This document shows positions 1 through 13,492 of a stretch of 64,000 bases of DNA, piece after piece. Source of the stretch: Vezdaea acicularis (Eukaryota). The notes below the pieces were generated by a model that saw only the letters and a program-made list of their open reading frames with translations, searched no databases and was not told the origin of the DNA. Both the position numbers and the translations under genes were made by a program. The stretch covers positions 62,001 to 126,000 of the forward strand of contig JAPEUI010000035.1 in assembly GCA_026025075.1 (NCBI GenBank). The letters are read 5' to 3'. The first letter of the stretch is position 1, and every line of letters starts with the position of its first letter.

Positions 1-1795
1 AGTCAATCGCCCTTGGAAGCTGCCGTCGCTTCTGCCGCGGCCCAGAATCGGTCTTCTGGGAGACTTCCCCAATGACGGAGGCGCCCGCGGATACATCACG
101 AAGGATCCCTGGATGCTCGATGATATTCACGATATTCGCCTCGAGCCAGTCGATCAGATTGAAGATGTGCTGGAATCCCAGAAGCTCTACATTCGCGTGC
201 TTGGCCGCTTTCTGGATGATGCTCAATCTAATGTAGGCTGGAAGGAGGGGTTCTGAGAGGATAGAGATGACGGGCATGGATTGCGGGTAGGGCCGCAGCG
301 TTGGCTTCCGGACTTGTAGGGTGAAGGCTTGACGGGCGTTCGCGACGTCTATAGAAACTTGACAGACGTCTGGAGACAAGGCGTGAAAGCGATCTCCATA
401 TATTGATTCTAAAGTAGCTTGCTCCTCGGCCCACTGATCGGTTAGAGATTCTTCTAAACTTAGCTCGGCCATCTCCACTTGATCCCCTTCGTCTCCGTTC
501 ACCAAAAGCCTTTGGAGTTGCTCTGCCGCCCTTCCCTCGTCTCCGTCGTTGGCATCCAAAGCCTTCTCGCACAGTTCTGAGGCGTAGCCCGCTGCAGCTA
601 GACGTTTGACGATGCTCTCTTTCTTGAGATTGCCGCTCGCCATGCTGATTCCAGCCGTGTATCCCTCAGGCAAACTCCAAGGCGGCAGATCGTCTTCGGG
701 GACATGGATGAGTAACCACTCCAGCGTCTCTTCCCGGTCTTTGCATTCAGCCACAGCTTCCTCGACGTGACTTTTCCGGAATCCAAGACTCGAAAACTCT
801 TTGACAATCTGAAGCTTTCTTTCGTTGGTGATCTGAACAGCATGAGGGTTCCAAACGGCATTCTTCCTGATCAGGCTCTCCATCTGCGTCCTTATTCTCT
901 TGCCCAGATCGATCTTCGGAACCTTTTCCCAGCCCCTCATAGGGTTTCCGGCGCGATGCTGTCCATCCGAGGCCCCTTGAAGACCCGTCGACGCAAGTAG
1001 CCCACCAGGTCGCGTCGCCTGCTTTGCCGCCAACTTCTCCTTCTCCGCTCTCTTCTTCGCCATCGCAATCTTCGCCTCCTCTCTCTCGCGCAGCGTAGCA
1101 AACGGGTCCGCGGCATACATCCACGCTTTCCCTTCCTTCGCATCCTCCTTCTTCAGCTCCTCGAACTCGCCTTTCCACAAGCCGCGGTGGTTGGGGGGAA
1201 GCATCAGTTGGAGGTTGCGCATACTGCAGACGCGAAAGAGCGCATATGTAGCAGCAAAATTTCGCGCTTCTACCGCTGTGGGTTGGACTGCGAGACCCTT
1301 GTGTGATGGCGGGAGCTTGAAGGGAGGAATATTCGTGACTTCCTTCGTCTTAGGGTTTATGCATTTCAGCGTGACCATCGACGAGTAGCCTTCGGCATCT
1401 TTCCTCTATAAAAGCGCCCCGTCAGCCATACGAACATGACCTGTAGTCATATATTAGATGCTCACCATGCTGTATTCCGGTTTCTCCCATCTCTGCTTCT
1501 GGCAGTGCTCCGAGAGCAGCGCCGTAGGAAGTTTGCCCGTCCAAGACTGCCCCGCCACCACCTGCTTATTCGTTGGTTTCTTGGGCGTTGCATCTTCTAA
1601 GGCAGCCTGGGGCACTTGGGGGCCGACACGCGCGTCTTTGGCCTTGTCAGCGTTGTCAATGGCGATTTCGGCTTTCGTTCTCGTCTTCGAGTTGGAGAAG
1701 ACAATGAAGCTATCGTCTTCATCCGCCGGCTTGGGGGGGACGGGCTTGGTCTTGCCACCGCCACTGCCTCGGCTGGGATGCTTGCTCTTGGCCAT
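1..1795 (-). CDS. DEAH-box RNA helicase, Ucp12/YLR419W/DHX57-like, N-terminal part only (runs off the window start)
   Basis: ATG 1795 MAKSKHP...; SWTGKLPTALLSEHCQKQRWEKPEY motif; intron 1465-1406 (GTGAGC..TAG); exon 2 reads TAVEARNFAATYALFRV, LEWLLIHVPEDDLP and WAEEQATLESIYGD (UBA/RWD-type region). The helicase core lies outside the window. Confidence 0.8.
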
Positions 1796-2614
1796 CTTCG
1801 GAGAGCGGCTCCTCTCTGTTTCCCCAAAGTCTCGATCCGCCGGTCCATGTAGATCTCGAGGTGGGGGCGTGGCGTATTTAATACTTGATCGAGAAAAGAA
1901 AATGTCAAGTGCCTCGCGAATCTCTAGGATGCATCTCGAGAACTCGCCACCATCATCATAGGTTAGGATTAACCCCACTACGGTGGTGAATCAGCCACAA
2001 CGAAGTCCGCAAGGCATTCACCGCTTGTCACTTTCTCAATTGTTGAGCACGTTTAAGGAGCTTAAAGCTTTTGCATTCTAATATTATCGAGTAAGAGACC
2101 CGAGGTAAGAGAGGGACATTTATGTGCATAACCCCATGATCATTATCAACATTTTGAAGCCCACCGCCAAGGCCATGCCACACATCATACAACAAAAAAA
2201 ATGATCTTCCAGCCGGCCAAGTTCCAAGTGAGAAGAGCTAGCCTTGAGATCAGCTGCATTGAGAAGCCCACAAGCAGTCTTCAATTCCGGGTCGAGAATG
2301 TGCGCCGCCCCCATTCATAGCTTAGCTTGAGCTGAACAGATTTGTTGTAGAAAGCCTTTAAAGGATTCATTCAAGCTTGAGTAAAGCACCAGACGCCGCC
2401 ACCGCCGCCGCCAAGATGCATGATTTTAGACAAAAGGAAAACTGGTGCAAGGAGCGTCTATGGGGGAAATGAAGTTATGCAACGCTAGAGGGGATAACAA
2501 AGCATTGTGAAGCAGCTCAGGGGTAATCAAAGAATAGAATGCAGTGGATCGTCTTAAAGAAGTACCACTCGTGCGAGACTATTCCTTGGCTCTAGAGACC
2601 TTGTCGATAATTGG

Positions 2615-4975
2615 CTAGGCTACAACGTGGCTGTAGACACCAGCATAAGAGGCCATGTAGGCTCTCGGTTTTGGTTGATCCATTGGAAAGACGAATCCCT
2701 TGGCTAACTCGGTCTCGACAAATACTGAAGCGCGCTTGAAGCGACGATCAGCATACTTGTCGTACACGGCTGTATGATGCTTTTGGGGGTTCTCGCAGCA
2801 ATCCAAGATTTGCAAAAGCAATGGCCGAATTTGAGAGTAGGTGTACTCAGAGTAATAGACGTGGTGCGGAGTCTAGGTTCATTAGTATCTCATCAAGACG
2901 TGTCCCATAGGATCACCATAGGAGATTGGACAAGCTTACCCATTCCCCTTTCCTCAGCAACTCTCTAGCAAGACAGTGAGCACCAGCAGCCAAGTAGCTT
3001 GGCGGACTGGCAACGAAACGCTCATCCATTATTGTAACTTCAAGGAAGTACTTGGCCAATGTTCGGGTCTCAAGGTCATAGTCATCTGCCTTGCTAATTC
3101 TTCGAAGGAAGCTCATTGGGCCAGGCCACCCAAGCTCGAACTTGAGCATGCTCAACATGAAGCGCTCAGCCTTGAGGATCTCGTCGATAGAGTAGCCCCC
3201 ATCGACCATGTAGACTATCTCTTGGACGGACGGGCAAGTGATCTCCTCGTACTTGGCAGCGACGAAAATAGCAGTAGCGCCAACGAGCTGGAGCTTTCCG
3301 AGGGATACAACCTTGCTGGTAAGGAAACGATCGATGTAGTTGACAGTTAGGAACAAAGTCTCCGGGAGGAGATTGAATCGATGATGAACCTGAACGAGCC
3401 AGTCCATGAGAACGGAACGCATTGACCACTGAATCTCGGATTGGTAATCCATGTAATGAGAATCGGGCAACATTTTGATCTGAGAAGTTATGATTTCAGC
3501 ATTGAAGTCTGCCTAAGGTTGATGAGGTAGGGAGCTTACCTCAAGATCCTTCATATATGCGAAGATTTCATCACCATATTCAGCTACCATTGTAGTATCC
3601 CAACTCTCATCTTCAATCTCCTCGACTGTGCGGGTACTTTCCACAAGAACCTTTGCTTCAGCAAGCTCCTTGCGGACCTTTGCGTTCTGCTTTGGAAACA
3701 TGATGGCGGTCATACCACCAGTGGTGTTGTCCTTTGAACGATATGACCGAGCTGTCGTGTAGCCCTCTTCATCATACTCGTCGTCGTTCTCGTCGTCTTC
3801 CCAGTATTCCTCTGGCTCTGAGACGAGAGCTACTTCACCCTGAGATACGTACGCAGCGGCAGCCTCAGCAAGTTTTCGATCTTCTTCTTCTACTGCAGAC
3901 GCAGTTGTGACCAGGGCAACGGACTGCTTCTCCGAGACTGATGGTAAGGTGGAAGATATGGTCGGTTGCACATCGTTGTTGATCTCGCTAACTTCATTGA
4001 CTTCGCGGACGTCTTGAAGTGAAGAAGGTTTGGCGACTTGCTCAACAGGTTCTGTTGACCCGACATTCACTATATCACTGATGTTGATGCCTAGTGATTT
4101 ACCAATAGCTGATTCTTTCACGGGATCTGCGTAGTATTTGCTCTTCGTCTTCCGCAAGACTGGCTGTTCTTTCCGAAGAAACTGTTGGCTCTTAGCATGT
4201 CGTGGGGCTAGGTCTTGATGGACCGGCGCAACTTGTGCAACAGATTTATTTGTTTTCTCAGAGGGCCCTAAAGGTTTGATCTCAGCTGAGGCAGGGGCTT
4301 TCGGTTCGTCGGGAACGACAGCATCTTTGAAGATTGTAGTGTTGCGTTTGGTGAGCACCTTTCGAGCTTGAACCTGAGATTCTGTCGGCAACTGCTTGGT
4401 TTGCCCCATACTTGGGTTGGAGCCGAAGAAATTCTTGAGACCTGAGACGGAGAGCGGCCGTTGAGCTGGTCTCAGAAGTGGTGCTGTGGCCTTTTCTTCT
4501 TGAACGGTGACAAGCTTCTCGGACGCGTCGATAGCAGCTTTCAGTGGGATTGCCGAGTCGTCCTTGGTTCCGGGTAAGGCGCGAGAGGAATTGCTGATTT
4601 CACCGAACGCAGCTCGCTTCACGGTTGCCTTGGATGCTCCCACATTCGATGCTGCCAATAGAGCTCCAGTTGATTTGTGGCGGGAGTGGATCGTCTTGCT
4701 TGCTCCGGGAAGTGAGTTCTCGTCGTGAATTCGGAGAGACCGAAGCGGTCGCTGGGGCTGATGGGTGGAGGGCATTAGTTGACGATCGCGTATTCGTTTA
4801 TATATGAAGAGAGAAGGTGAGGTGAATGGAAAGGTCTGAGAGTGAACAAGTCGAGCAATGCTCCAGAGTTATCGTGCAAGAGTGCAAGCAAGAGCAAAGG
4901 AGATCACAGGACGCGGTGAGTGCCGAGACTAGAACAAAAGATTGCACATCTGCTGTAACTCACCTTGGCGTCCAT
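2615..4975 (-). CDS. B-type cyclin, Clb3-like (4 exons)
   Basis: MDAK exon 4975-4964; introns 4963-4758, 3539-3480, 2939-2873; destruction-box-like RAAFGEISN; cyclin box MRSVLMDWLVQVH...LQLVGATAIFVAAKYEE; C-terminal AVYDKYADRRFKRAS. Confidence 0.95.
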
Positions 4976-7640
4976 GATGCTTAGAAGCAATAAACTTCTT
5001 CTTGATAAATCACTGGTGTCGTGCCAATTCAAGAATTGCAACAACTCGGCGTGGAGGAAGCTTGCACGATCGATCCAGGATTGTCGCGGTCGAGTCAACT
5101 GCGCGCCAGGACCGACACTCGCACTGACCAAAGATCACCGTGCTGCCGTCTCAGAACGCGTGCTGAACGACCTTCCAGAATGGCTAGGTTGTCGTCGTAG
5201 GTGCTGAGGAGGTGGACGACGGTGGAGGAGCGGTGTTGATGAAATATGAGATGGTCTCTCGGTGGAAACCAAGTGGTTGTTGATGTCGCTTCACCGGTGC
5301 TCATTGGAGCGTCAGTGTCTCGCTTCGTCCGAATCCGCATTGTTTATCTGTGTCGTTGTCACGGAGACGAGGTTTTTCGCTCCCTGCTCGAAAGCATTTT
5401 CGCTGCGTAGCCGAATGAACACCAAGCGTGCCATTCAGGGCACATCCAGACGACCTTCACAGCTCCAACAACCTCAAGACGCTTTATCTAATCACTCTTC
5501 CGATATAGCAATCACGTCGCAGAGGGTTGTATCACTAGTAGAGAAAGCCCCCAACAATACGAGCATTCAAAACAGCATATCCGCCCGATCATTGGCATAT
5601 GGTACTTTCTTGTCGACAACCTCACGCTCAGCATACGGACCCGCAAGATACTTGAAGCTATCTGTGCCAGTTCAATCCTTCCCACTTGCCTACCTGACCA
5701 CGCACACAGGGTTGATAGTATTATCGTGCGTATTGATAGAGAAGTACTTACTTCGCCCACTTGGACCGATGAGAATGCCAGTCGCTGGAGCTGATAGGAT
5801 AGAATGGTGATGGCTGCTCCAATTTTCTATGTAGTGAAGATAATTGAATTGGATTTTACTTCGTTAATGAATGCTATGGCGGGGATGATATGCGTGAAAG
5901 GAAGTCTCCTACTGATCGAGGTATGTTCGGTCATTAGAGACCGCGGCTCCCCTCGTCGATCAAACCCCTCGACATTCCTCAATCGTTTCCCCTAAGACAA
6001 GAGATTTGCCATGACCGATTCAGCGTCGCATTCCCACGCATTCTAGACGCATCAGAAACATATACCTAGTTTTCCCCCTCCCTCTCTCTGCATCGGGAAA
6101 CTTTACGCGACCCGCCTCGGCGGAAGAGTTGGATGTGTGAGCCCATCGCATCGGCAACTTCCGCCCCCGGATCCGGCGGCTGCGTCATCCGCTTAACCCA
6201 TCCGTCGCGTCTCCCCGCGCGCGCATATTTGACGCCGGAAGACCGCATTGGCGCACCACGATGCTCTGAGCGAAGAAAGAATATGTTTCTACGTGTAGTA
6301 TGATACTGCGATGTTAGTCCACTTTTTTACGAGATGCAGGATGATATCCGTGGCGGGGACGGCCGGAATGGGAGGGTGTCGCACGCAATCGCGTTCTTGT
6401 CGCCAAAACACGTGATTGGGAGCGCAGTAAAGAAAAGGGCTCGGGCGCACGATGTTTCTTTCTTGTCGCGGATGGGCAGGATAAAGCGGATGGCTTCCTA
6501 GCACCGCGGCGCTACGGATACATCGAGCGTGATCCTGTCTGTTCTCTCAGGGGCGGGGAGAGCGCAGACTCAGATCGGTTGACGGCGGGAGTGGGCACGG
6601 GAGGTTGCGGCGGGAGAAAGAAAGAGAGAGAGAACCATGGGAAGGGTGGAGAGGCTTGGGGCGGCGAGGGATCCGTGAATCCGCGATGGGGTCGGCTAGG
6701 AGGTTGCTTGCTTGCTGAGTGAGGTACTTTGTTAGGATGGGGAAAAGATAGAGAGAGAGGGATGGACGGTGCGTTTTTGGGGCTCCTTGAGTCGGCTGAA
6801 AGTTCATCGTCCGATCGCGCGGGTTGGGGCCGCTTGGGTTTGCTTTGCTTGAGGGAGGGAAAAAAGGCGCGCGGTGATGGAGGAGCGAGGAGCGAGGATA
6901 GCGTCATTCCTTGGTCGCTCGATCGCAAGGCCGGCGAGGGGAGGGTGACTGGCTGTGCGCACATGGCGAAATATCCTCCTATCGTTCCCAATTGATAAAG
7001 AGAGGCTTTCCCATCTGGCCTCGCAGACCATGGAATCCGTCCTCTGCGATTGCACCGGTTGATGGAAGGGGGGATATCCAGCGTGGCCGGCCGGTCTCAG
7101 GTCAGGGTCTGCGTAGCGCCAGACACGTGCGCACGGCTGGGCCGAAGTGCCGTTTCAGATGGCGGCCGGCGAGGGACAAAGAAAAGGACGAAAGAAAGAG
7201 AGAGAGAGAGAGATGCAGAGATACAGAACGCGGCCAAGCAAGGCCAACAAAGGGCAAAGGACCTCATATCTCGCAAACGCACGCGCTCGCCTGGATGCTG
7301 TCCCATGGGTTGAAGGTGAAGGGGGCCGCGAGGGCGGTGGCGGGGCAATCGCGAGCGCCGTGGGGCGGGACCCGTGGTCCGGAGCTGTTTCACGAGGGCC
7401 CCAAAGTATGATGGGAAGAGAGGAGCGGGCGGGTTGGGAGCGCAAGTTATCAGTCGCAACGACGGAATCGGGTCTCCTCGATTGTGTCAGATATCTTGGA
7501 ACGAGGACCGTATGGGGCGATGGGCGGAGGAGTCGATGGAAGCAGATCAGTTTGCCCGTATTGCCACTTTAGCGAGCGAGCGAGCGGGCGGACGAGCGCG
7601 ATGCAACGTCGAATGGGGAAGCGTCGGCGCATCTTGAGGC

Positions 7641-7641
<1 letters not shown>

Positions 7642-7674
<33 letters not shown>
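7642..7674. repeat. (GCT)11 microsatellite
   Basis: Direct reading; lies in the 5-kb intergenic region. A shorter (GCT)n occurs near 8156-8174 and (AG)n near 7196-7213. Confidence 0.95.
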
Positions 7675-7675
<1 letters not shown>

Positions 7676-8244
7676 GTTGCTTTGTTGCATCCTCTGCCTC
7701 TATCTCCCTGTTCTGTCCATCTCGTCTCTTCTCGTCCTCTCTCTCTCGCTCTCCATCTGTCTCGCTGGCTCGCTCGCACCCCCCTCCTCCCCCCTTGGCG
7801 ACTAAAGCGGCAGACCCCGGTCGTCCGCCGTCGATCTGAGGCCGATCAACCACTCGCTCCGTCCGCGCGCACAACATCTGCGAGAGAGCAGCATCGATTC
7901 TGACGCTGGACGATGGACGTGTTGATCTTGCTCGATAACGAATGGACGACGGAGAGAGAGACGAGATGGGATGAGATGAAATGAGGAGGAGCCATAGATG
8001 GCGGCGCGAGCAATTCCTCTCCACTTGGTCTGAACAGCATCCCCCCCATTCCTCCGCATTGGGCCCTCCACCCACAGACGCCGCCACCCGAGCTCGAGCA
8101 TCCAACGACGACGCCGTGAAACCCCGGCCGCCGTCGCTGTTCGCGCCGAAGCTTCCTGCTGCTGCTGCTGCTGCTTGCTCCATGTCCTTTCGCGGAGCGT
8201 CCCAACAGCCAAACCTAAACCCACGTCCCAAGAGTCGTCTCTTC

Positions 8245-8676
8245 TTCCTTCCTGGGGAGAGAATGGCCAATGGTTTCCGCTAGCCCAACGAGCGGGCGGC
8301 CTTCCGTCGCATCGTCGCGCCGAGCCAGCTCGTAAGGGACCACGTCCTGCCTCCGTCCCCGACTCGACCGCGTCCCTTGCCATGTGTGCTCTCGCTCGCA
8401 CATGAGGCCTGATTGGCAGTTTGCGCCTCACCCAGCGCGCCCCCGTCGGCCTGCCCTCTTAGACTTTGTTATTCTTAGAGAGAGAAGGGTTGTCTGGCGC
8501 ATGGAGATGATTGGCCGGCAGCAGCTTGGCGACCCGGCCGGAGCAGCGCGCACGATGATTGGCCCGAACGTCTGGCGACAGAAGACTCTCCCGAGACGAC
8601 GATGGCTGGCTCCAAAGCGTGCGCAATGCGCTGAGGAGCGCACCACGCAAGCACCGTCGCCATCGCCTTCATTGGC
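8245..8676. promoter_or_regulatory. Cluster of CCAAT boxes (putative HAP/CBC sites)
   Basis: TGATTGGC at 8410, 8508 and 8556, CATTGGC at 8670, GCCAATG near 8246. Confidence 0.4.
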
Positions 8677-9705
8677 TCGATTGCCCTCTCACGCCTTCGC
8701 TGCTGACCCGGCACTTCTCATGCTGCCTCGCCAAGTGCGCGCTCACCGTCTCCGCGATATGCGGTCAGGTCTCGGAGGCGATCACGAAGGAGGATAGAGG
8801 GAGACAGGCGGGTGTCCTGGATGTGCTCTTCTTCACGGCGCGCATGGCTAGAGTAGTTTGCATTGTATCGGAGCATCGTCACGAAGGTTGCAACGGAGAG
8901 GATGGATGCCGGTCCTGCGTCGGCGCATGGCCGTTGATAGATAGATAGATTCCATTGCTCGCCTCTTGGCCCCTTCCACGCCCAAGGCCCAAAGAGCACG
9001 CAGAGGAAGCCAGTAGTGTAACCAGAGATAACCGTCGAAGCGCAGTGCGCTTGCAATGACCAGGAAAGTCTTACGACCTTCTCTCTGTTCGTGCATGCGC
9101 ACACGCTCCGAGCCCTCAGCCCGTCCAAAAAGGCGGGCACAATAGGAAAGCGGGGGACCATTGGCTCTTGGGCCCTCCGCCTATTGACAGTCCAGCGCAC
9201 ACGGCGACGAGTCCGACCGTCCGATGAACATGATTTTGCTGCTTCACCACTGTTCAATCTCAAGCTTCTTCCCCCGACTGTATTGAGCGCAATTGTGCCA
9301 AAATAAAAACCGGCCCAAAAAAAGTGTTGCTGCTGGGATCCGGCAAGCCCCAAGGCCCTTCCGGGTGACCCACGCCTTTCGCTCAGACTCTCTCGCCTAC
9401 CACGGCATTGCACCACTTCTTCTTCACCCTCATACATTCGCCGAGAGGAGACTCTTCCTTCTCACGCACCAACCTCTCCCCACCACCGACAAGCCCATCG
9501 GTCCACTGATGCGTGAGCATCTTCATCTTCCATCCATCTAGAAAGTGCAAGCCTCCATCGGCAAAAGATTACTAGCTGGCCGCACAGACGTTAGTCCCGT
9601 TTGACGCTGATTTCCTGTCGTCCAGCGCAGGACTGTTATCGACAGCCATCTAGGGCCTCCCCGAAGGCATCTAGACAACATCGAGGCTGCGCTATCGCTC
9701 GTTTG

Positions 9706-9957
9706 GTAAGTCGATCATTCCACCTGCCCTATGCGATTCTCTTTTCACTTTCTATTGCTCTCTTGTGATGTCAATGCCTCGTTGTCGAAGGTCTCCTTAC
9801 GCCGTGGACGACCAAGTCAAGGCAGCCAGCTACAAAATGCCCCAAACCATCCAAAGGCTCTCTTGGCTCTATCAAGGCCATCGGAGCCTTTCGGCTTGAA
9901 TCACTGCGATCTGGATAATATGTTTTGAACGCTGCTGACCTAGAATCTTCTCCGTAG
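9706..9957 (+). other. Putative 5'-UTR intron of the Zn2Cys6 gene
   Basis: GTAAGT at 9706, branch GCTGAC at 9934, acceptor TAG at 9955-9957, 170 nt upstream of the ATG. Confidence 0.55.
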
Positions 9958-10127
9958 CTGCACCGCCCTTGCGTCGACTGCCCCGACCGGCGACATCCAA
10001 CGTCTGCGCCCACGGCTTCGCCGGCTCGAGACTCTGCAACAACCCGACCACACCACGCACCGATAACCCCAAAATTCATTGCGCCTCGAGCAAATAAGTC
10101 TTCGCGACCTAGAATTTTCCATCGGTG

Positions 10128-12396
10128 ATGGAGGTTTCAAGTTTGCTGTCGCATGAGCCTGCCCAGAATCCGTCCTCGCTCGGGCCCGTCATGGACTCCC
10201 AACACCAGCCACATGCAATCCACCCTTACCCTACAAGACATTCTGCGTCTTCGAGCGCTCCGCACATGGCCGGCGATCGTTATACGACACCTCCTGTGAA
10301 TACATCCCATGGGGGCGGCGAGGGCAATACGACGACGGCTTACGCCATATCGCCTCAAAGCAGCCCAGCGCCAAAGCACGTCGCTTTTGAGCTCCTCTTC
10401 AACGAGGGTCCCAATTATCGGGCCCGATTGCCGATGAGAGTACAAATCTTCCCTCATGATACCACAGAGTCGATCGTGACCACGGTCAAGAACTTCTATG
10501 GCCTTTACGAGGGTCCCGGGGGCGCAAGCGGCGTCATCTTTGAAGACGAACGAGGTAACACCTTGATCGCACGATACGAGAACTTCCACAATAGTATGAC
10601 AGTATACGTCCGAGTCGTCGTCAGTCATGCTGGGACACCGGAAGCTTATCAGCCAGCTGCGCAGTCTGGCGGATCGCCTGCTCATCTCCAGCAAGGCTTC
10701 CAAGACCCAAATGCACCGCAGAGCTATCAACCACAACCGGCTCAAGCGTTGACATATGGCCAGCCGGCCTCTCGACCAGCTTCGAGAGCCACTCGTAGGC
10801 AGACGCAATCTCCTCGCCTTGGTGATGATCACCGTAGCGCGTCAGCCAACGGGAAGATGCGGGCAAGACTCAATCGATCTCGCTCTGGGTTGGAGTCGGA
10901 GTTCAACCCTGAGGGCGGCAATGGCGGGAGCGACGATGAAGGCAATGGCTCTACCACAAGCTCGCTCAAGGCCAAGAGTGAACAACTCGCCAGCGCAGAG
11001 ATCAGCCTTGACAATATCCTTGAGCATGGTCGTCGCAAACGCCCTAAGTTTGAGAGCTCGGTCAGTTATTTCTTATGATGTTCAACGAATTGATACCTAT
11101 TGCTAACGCATGTTCGCAAATTAGGAGTTGCCACTGTTCGTACCCCCGCAAGTCCCGTTGACTGCTTCCACTTCGTCGGTGTCACCTGTCCGACGCACGA
11201 CGACAAATCAAGCTCCGTCACCATTCGCCCATCCATCCCAGCTTAACTTTACACGCAACCAAGCCTTGCCCTCTCCGCAGAGCTTTGGAAAAGCCTTCCC
11301 GCCGCCTTCTCACTCTACGTTCTCCACTCCCACGGCACCGCATAACCATCGCCTGCGCACCCGCAATGCCGCCCACCCTCCTACGAGATCAACGGGAGGC
11401 CTTCCAACCCCCGGTGGGCCCGGAATCCTCCCTACGCCTGATCCGACCATCGCCAGCTGCATCTCAGACGAGGATGTTGCGCTGCAGCTGATGCGTCTTG
11501 GAGATGCTTCCAACCTTTCCCTCGGGACCCAGCCGTCCACGTCTCCGCTGGATGACTCTCTGAGCGGTGCGGCCGACGTCGCTTCTTCAGGCGGCGAGTC
11601 GTGCAGCGAGGAGAGCGAGAGTGAAGGTCCATCCAACCTCCCCCGCCTGTCTCGTTCGCAGCTCGAGTCAAGCCCGCTTCCGGCCCCAGGCTACATCCGT
11701 AAGCGCCACAAGCGCCTCGACGAGATTCTCCCCAGCCAGGACAGCACCACCGAAACCAGCGAGGCGGAAGAAGACGGCAACTACACCGACAGCAAGATCG
11801 GCTCCCAGGAGACGTTCATGAACGAGCTGGAGCAGGTCGTCAGGGCGAGGGCTCCGCAACACAAGCACGTCAACGACGGCGTCAACAAGTCCCGCAGCGG
11901 CGCCTCGTCCGTCCGAAGTGCCAAGTCGAGCAAGCCGCGTCCTGTCATGTCCCACAAGGCCAAGGCAAAGTCTAACCTGGCCAATGCTACAAAGGCCCCG
12001 ATATCTCCTGCGTCGCTCCCTCCACAGTCCCGCAAGCCCTCGGTGGCATCCGCCGCTGGGTTCCCGCAACAACTCGGAGAAGACGAGGAGGACCTCTCGT
12101 CCAAGCCGCGCTGCCAGCGCTGCCGCAAGTCGAAGAAGGGCTGTGACCGCCAACGGCCATGCCAGCGCTGCAAGGACGCTGGCATCGGCGCGGACGGGTG
12201 CGTCAGCGAGGACGAGGGCAACGGGCGCAAGGGCCGCTACGGGCGACACATGGGCGTCACCGTCAAGAAGGGCTCGATCTCGGGCTCCGTGCCTGGCTCC
12301 GTCAACGGCGATGCCATGTCCCCGCCAGTCAGCTCGTCGCTCGCTGGTTTCCCGCTTTCGGCGGAGAAGAGCAACCCCAAGAAGAGGAAGCGCTGA
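10128..12396 (+). CDS. Zn(II)2Cys6 transcription factor with C-terminal zinc cluster (2 exons)
   Basis: ATG 10128; intron 11061-11124 (GTCAGT..CTAAC..TAG) joins the two ORFs in frame; CQRCRKSKKGCDRQRPCQRCKDAGIGADGC (CX2CX6CX5CX2CX9C); conserved-looking RARLPMRVQIFPHDTTESIVTTVKNFYGLY block; terminal KKRKR NLS-like motif. Confidence 0.9.
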
Positions 12397-13462
12397 TGGT
12401 GGCTTGCTGAAGATATGTCCGGGACGGCTGTCTGCGATATGTGTTCTCCATCTTGGTGCGGTTCGGTTGGTGCGTTTCCTTTTTTTTTCGGATTTGGGCG
12501 CGCTTCGGATGTGCTTTGGCAGCAGGGAGTTGGCGGCTTGATGTCGTTACGAAGTTTTCTCTTTTTCCTTTTTCACTCCTCGGAATTTCCTCTACGCTCA
12601 CGACGACCAAATAAAATAAAACAGAAAGAAAGGAGGAAAATCCCCGAGCTTGGCAGCGGCGATCATTGCTCGCCCACAATTCGACCATTTTCATTCGATC
12701 TTCACACGCAGCAAGTGTTCCTCGTCACACACACACACTCTCTCTCTCTACAGCACCGACCTCAACTTCTTCACTCCTTGACCACTCAATACCAAGACCT
12801 CAGTCGCGCACATCGAGGCACACACTCTTTCACATCCCACAAATATACTCATACCCCCACCACAAAAGTGCTTTTTTTTTCTCTCTCCCCACCACGGACA
12901 GAATCACAGGATATGACGCAGCAGCGGACGCGGCGCTTAATGGACTATACACAGCATGATGGGTCTCTGACGTGCAGGTCTCGACTGGTGCGATGTATGG
13001 ACGGTTGTCGTATTGGGCTTGCTGTCGGCGGATGGAGGCCGGGGACGTCTGCTGCTGATTATACGTTACACAACACCCCCCCTTTTGTTCTTTTGCTTCT
13101 CCTGCTGGCCTCTGCTTGCGATTTGCGATTTGCCTTGCGTTGCGATTGCGTTTGCTTTGCTTTGCTACTGGAACAATGAGAATGGATGGCCTCTTATTTT
13201 TCTCTTTTTCCTTTTTCTGGGATGGATCATGCGTGTGGAATGGAATGGAATGCACTTTGCTCTTTCTAACGACGTGATTCTCTACCCATGCCTCTCTCTC
13301 TCTCTCCTTGAACCCTTTGAACCCATTGCCTCCCCTATCTCGGCTCCCGCGCTTGCTTGAGCTCAGTCTTGGCCTTTCCCCCCCCCCCGCGACTTCTCCC
13401 GCCGCGCTCCTGATACAATAAACTGGGCATGAACCCTTGATATTGAGGTTGCGATTGCGGAC

Positions 13463-13492
13463 CCTCCTCCTCCTCCTCCTCCTCCTCCTCCT
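13463..13492. repeat. (CCT)10 microsatellite
   Basis: Direct reading. Confidence 0.95.

Noticed and set aside
5262..9541. Many 100-240 aa ORFs in the cyclin-TF intergenic region
   Set aside because: They overlap in all frames, are driven by high GC and microsatellites, and show no motifs or splice logic.
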